Positions 60,826 to 64,000 of a stretch of DNA of 64,000 nucleotides are shown here, in pieces. Location: positions 3,584,001-3,648,000 of the forward strand of contig CBDCDC010000002.1 of assembly GCA_965215195.1 (NCBI GenBank), given 5' to 3'. Positions within the stretch are counted from its first letter, which is position 1; every line of letters starts with the position of its first letter. The notes beneath the pieces were generated by a model that saw only the letters and a list, made by a program, of their open reading frames with translations, had not been told where the DNA came from and did no database searches. Position numbers and translations under genes: made by a program. The DNA comes from Candidatus Latescibacterota bacterium. Lineage in GTDB: Bacteria > Latescibacterota > UBA2968 > UBA8231.

Positions 60826-61524
60826 CTACCGCCCCCACTCCTCTTCCGGCACCTCCGAATAATCCTGCGGCTCGTACCCAATCGCCCTTTTGCCGTGTTC
60901 GACGTCGTAGAGCGGCCAGTTGCTGCCCGACACGCCAAAGACGATTTCAAACTTTACGCCCGGATGGATCAGCGCCTGCTCAAAGACTCGTACGCAATCG
61001 CCGTGGCTGAGATGGTGCGGGTGTTGGGGCTGGTCGCGCTCGAGGTTGAAGTTGCCGATGCGCACGCAGACAAATTCCATGTCGTGCTGGTGGGCAAAAG
61101 AGTGGGCGAGGGCCTCGCCGAAAACCTTGCTGACCGTGTAGATGCCCACCGGCGTGGTAGTCATCTCGACCGTGCGGGGGATGCTGCGCGGATAGAGGGT
61201 CAAAACCCCGGCGCGGCTGGCATAGGCGACGCGCTTGACGCCGTTTTGGCGAGCGGCCTCAAAGACGTTGTACGTGCCGATGAAGTTGCCCTGCAACATG
61301 GTTTCCCACTCGTGGCCGCCGGGCAGGCCCCCAATGTGAGCAACTGCATCGACGCCACGAGTGGCCTCTAACATAGAGTCGAAGTCGGCGAGGTCGGAGA
61401 CGACGGTATCGGCGAGGTCGGGCATGGGTACGCGGTCGTGGCCGCGCACTTGGTGGCGCACTTGCAGGCCGCGGGCCACGGTGGAGCCGACGCGACCGGC
61501 CGCGCCGGTTACGAGAATGTGCAT
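60826..61524 (-). CDS. NAD-dependent epimerase/dehydratase (uronate dehydrogenase-like SDR)
   Basis: ILVTGAAGRVG, GTYNVFEAA, YTVSK (YxxxK), VRIG. Confidence 0.88.
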   Translation of the reverse strand: MHILVTGAAGRVGSTVARGLQVRHQVRGHDRVPMPDLADTVVSDLADFDSMLEATRGVDAVAHIGGLPGGHEWETMLQGNFIGTYNVFEAARQNGVKRVAYASRAGVLTLYPRSIPRTVEMTTTPVGIYTVSKVFGEALAHSFAHQHDMEFVCVRIGNFNLERDQPQHPHHLSHGDCVRVFEQALIHPGVKFEIVFGVSGSNWPLYDVEHGKRAIGYEPQDYSEVPEEEWGR

Positions 61525-61700
61525 GGTAGGTTCCTTTCTTTAAGCTCGGGGCTTCGGGCGGGCAGCCTAAACAGAAGGGCTGCCAGTAGAGCAGGCGGCA
61601 CCGCAGCGACCAAGGCCAGCGTTGTAAAATAGAGGGATGTGGCGACGATGAAGTTGCGCGGAATCCACGCCACTAGGTGCTCAGAAATAAGCTCCATCAT
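61509..61700 (-). CDS. Small hydrophobic hypothetical protein
   Basis: 63-aa ORF with one or two TM-like stretches filling the gap between co-oriented genes. Confidence 0.35.
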   Translation of the reverse strand: MMELISEHLVAWIPRNFIVATSLYFTTLALVAAVPPALLAALLFRLPARSPELKERNLPCTFS

Positions 61701-61707
61701 CCGCGTC

Positions 61708-64000
61708 TTAGGACGCCTCGCGCTGGGTGCCCAAGCGCCACCACAGGCAAAAGACGAGCACGAGAGCCAGCAGCAACAGGAGGCCGGCTTGCAACTGATA
61801 GGCCGGGGCGGACAGTGCGCCGAGGCTCTTGACCGCCGAGAGCACTGAGGCAAACCCCAATAGCGCGTACGCGAGGAGGTTGTTCCGCAAGACCAAGACG
61901 ATTGCGGCTACGGCGAAGCCAATGCTGGAGACAAACGTCAACAGTTCAAAGAGGAACTCGTCGAAGTGGACGGCGTTGCTGCCGGACATAATCAATCCCA
62001 CCGCCAAGCCCGCCACGATTGCGTAGAGCCTCTTTTTCACCACGACGCGGCTGTAGTAGAGCACCAAGCCCGCGAGAATCGGGACGAAGATGGCCCCCAT
62101 TACGCCTTCGGACAGGGAATTCCAAAAGGGCAGATACTGGTCCAATCCAGAAGGTAGCCCAAAGCCAAGGCTCGGGTCGGAGGCAATGAATCGGCTCTCT
62201 ACGTAGCCGCGCAAGTGCTGCCACGACTCTAGGGCGACGAGGACCAGCGCGACCCCGACGACAGCGTCGCGGAATTCGGGTACGCGCCGTGCGGCTCGCA
62301 GGCGCGCCGGCCAGTCTGGATAGAGGCTAGTGGCCAAGCCGAGGGCCGCGAGGATCAGCAAGCCGACCCCCAAGCTGCCCAAGACGACGCTGAGTATCTG
62401 AGTGATGGTAAAGATCGACAGCGTGAGGCGAGTGTCGTAGGAGCGTTCGACGACCGCTAGGCCATTGAGCTGGCTGAGGAGGAGGAAGGCCACGACCACC
62501 GCGGCGATTTTGACCAGCGGTGCCCAAGCGATGCCCTCGTCCCGCACGCGGCGCACCAGCAGCCACAGGCCGTGCAGCACCACGGCGGCAATTAAGACAA
62601 TGAGCAGGCCGAAAAGCGCGGTTTTGAGCGTGGTGCTCTCTTGGCGCGCACGCCGCCAATCCTCGGGCACTTTGAGGAAGCGATAGATAGAAACCGGCTC
62701 GTCGCCGGCCACTTCGACCCGCACTCGATAGCGCAGCTCATCGACGTTGCGCTCGTCGCCCTCCGCGGCCTCAAAGACGAAGCGGTGATCGCGGCGGTTG
62801 GGGAGCTTTTCCGACGAGGCTTCCTTGAGTTCGAGGTGATCGACGTCAAAACCGTAAGTACGCAGGTGTTCGACAGCTATTGCCTCGGCTCGTGCCTCTT
62901 CGAGGTCCGCGCCCTCGGCCTCTTCGGCCAGCAGGTGGTTTATGCTGTAGAGGGAACCATCTGCTGGATGGACGGCGACTCTGTATTCCTCCTTTTCTCC
63001 GTAGCGGAAAAATCGCGTCACCCACAAGCTGGCCAAAAGATCTTCTTGGTATAGGCGATTGACCACGGCCACTGAGTCGCGCTCCAAGATGTACCGGATC
63101 GCCATAGTATTCGGTTGGTTTTGATAGTAAGTGACCACTTCATACGTTGAGGCATCTGCGCCGGTCGCCGCTAGATGCTCAATGGCCTTGGCCTCGGCCT
63201 CGGCCCGGGTCAGGTGGACGTCGACAAAGTCGAGCGGCTTGTCGTAGGAGAGGGCGAAAAAGCCCAGCGAAGCCACGACCACCGCGGCAGCCCAACCCAT
63301 GCGCCGCTTAGACAGCGGAGTATAGGCAAACGCGGGGGCCGGGGCGGCGGGCGGTTGCGCTGTGAGCTCGTCCGCGCTGGCTTCTGAGGCGGCGGGCGCA
63401 GCGCTTTTGTTGAGCAAGGGAGTTGGGTCGGCGAAGCGGCGCTGCCGCAAGTAAAGGACGAGAGCCACCGCCAAGGGCAGGAGCATCAGGCCCGCGGACA
63501 AGGCCGCTGAAACTACGAAGTAGCTGTTGGACGAGCGGAAGAGGATTAGGGACGTGTACAGGGCGTCGATTGTGTAGTGCCATACGAGGGGGGCGAGTAT
63601 GCCAAAGCGGAGGAAAATATAGCCGACGACAATACCGCCGATGCCCACCTCAATGCCGCGGATGTAAAAGGGCTGTTGCGGGTAGCCGGCGTGGGCGAAC
63701 CCCCATATAAGGGCTGCGATAAAGACTGCGGCCCAGCGCGACTTGAGGTATTTGTGGAGGAAGGGAATCGAAAATGCCCGGGATATGAACTCCTCGGAGA
63801 CCGCGGGCATAAAGCCGATCAACAGCACCATGATCCACGGGATATACGTGTTGACCATCTCGCTGTAGGGAATGTCCGCCGGGCTCCAAGCACCGAACTG
63901 CTCGGCTGTGATGTAAAAGAGAACTTGGTAGGCCAAGAAGGCCGGGGTCATGGCCAAGCCGAGAATAGTGCCGAGGAGAAAGCGCTTCGTGCGCAGGCCC
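61708..64000 (-). CDS. Large CPBP (CAAX/Abi) intramembrane protease-domain protein (5' end off the window)
   Basis: SEEFISR, WGFAH, WHYTID CPBP motifs, then a soluble domain and further TM segments. Confidence 0.8.
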   Translation of the reverse strand, partial: GLRTKRFLLGTILGLAMTPAFLAYQVLFYITAEQFGAWSPADIPYSEMVNTYIPWIMVLLIGFMPAVSEEFISRAFSIPFLHKYLKSRWAAVFIAALIWGFAHAGYPQQPFYIRGIEVGIGGIVVGYIFLRFGILAPLVWHYTIDALYTSLILFRSSNSYFVVSAALSAGLMLLPLAVALVLYLRQRRFADPTPLLNKSAAPAASEASADELTAQPPAAPAPAFAYTPLSKRRMGWAAAVVVASLGFFALSYDKPLDFVDVHLTRAEAEAKAIEHLAATGADASTYEVVTYYQNQPNTMAIRYILERDSVAVVNRLYQEDLLASLWVTRFFRYGEKEEYRVAVHPADGSLYSINHLLAEEAEGADLEEARAEAIAVEHLRTYGFDVDHLELKEASSEKLPNRRDHRFVFEAAEGDERNVDELRYRVRVEVAGDEPVSIYRFLKVPEDWRRARQESTTLKTALFGLLIVLIAAVVLHGLWLLVRRVRDEGIAWAPLVKIAAVVVAFLLLSQLNGLAVVERSYDTRLTLSIFTITQILSVVLGSLGVGLLILAALGLATSLYPDWPARLRAARRVPEFRDAVVGVALVLVALESWQHLRGYVESRFIASDPSLGFGLPSGLDQYLPFWNSLSEGVMGAIFVPILAGLVLYYSRVVVKKRLYAIVAGLAVGLIMSGSNAVHFDEFLFELLTFVSSIGFAVAAIVLVLRNNLLAYALLGFASVLSAVKSLGALSAPAYQLQAGLLLLLALVLVFCLWWRLGTQREAS

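Overview
Bacterial chromosomal window, mostly GC-rich with AT-richer accessory patches. The gene content (FlgD/CHU_C-tailed secreted proteins, a 'TAVE..SWGRIK' tail, a DUF6785 fragment, DUF4159, PhyH and Ldh_2 paralogues, a sulfatase) suggests an FCB-group or Latescibacterota-like organism, but this is inference only. Layout: 1-7.7 kb, a minus-strand operon of four large secreted proteins. 8-10.4 kb, IS scars and an AT-rich SGNH/TPR gene. 10.5-33 kb, metabolic and housekeeping genes (gap, MntR-type regulator, ogt, MscS, dCMP deaminase, ALS), a TA pair and a NotI-family type II R-M system. 33.2-46.2 kb, a defence island: an HTH-ImmA/IrrE + PIN pair divergent from an MBL (C-terminal Gly) / E2-E1-JAB / patatin operon (6A-MBL-like plus an extra phospholipase), then a type III R-M with HicAB between mod and res. 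46-53 kb, sulfatase, dead hicBA, thrS preceded by a Thr7 leader-peptide attenuator, M50B peptidase, proS. 53-58.3 kb, a second type III R-M (mod split by an intact IS5-family element) bracketed by a 16-bp duplication of the proS 3' end. 58.3-64 kb, DMFase-beta-like, PhyH, epimerase and CPBP genes. A MITE family (TIR CTWAGTACACGACA) occurs four times, three copies with 8-9 bp TSDs. All product calls come from motif recognition by eye; no database searches were run.
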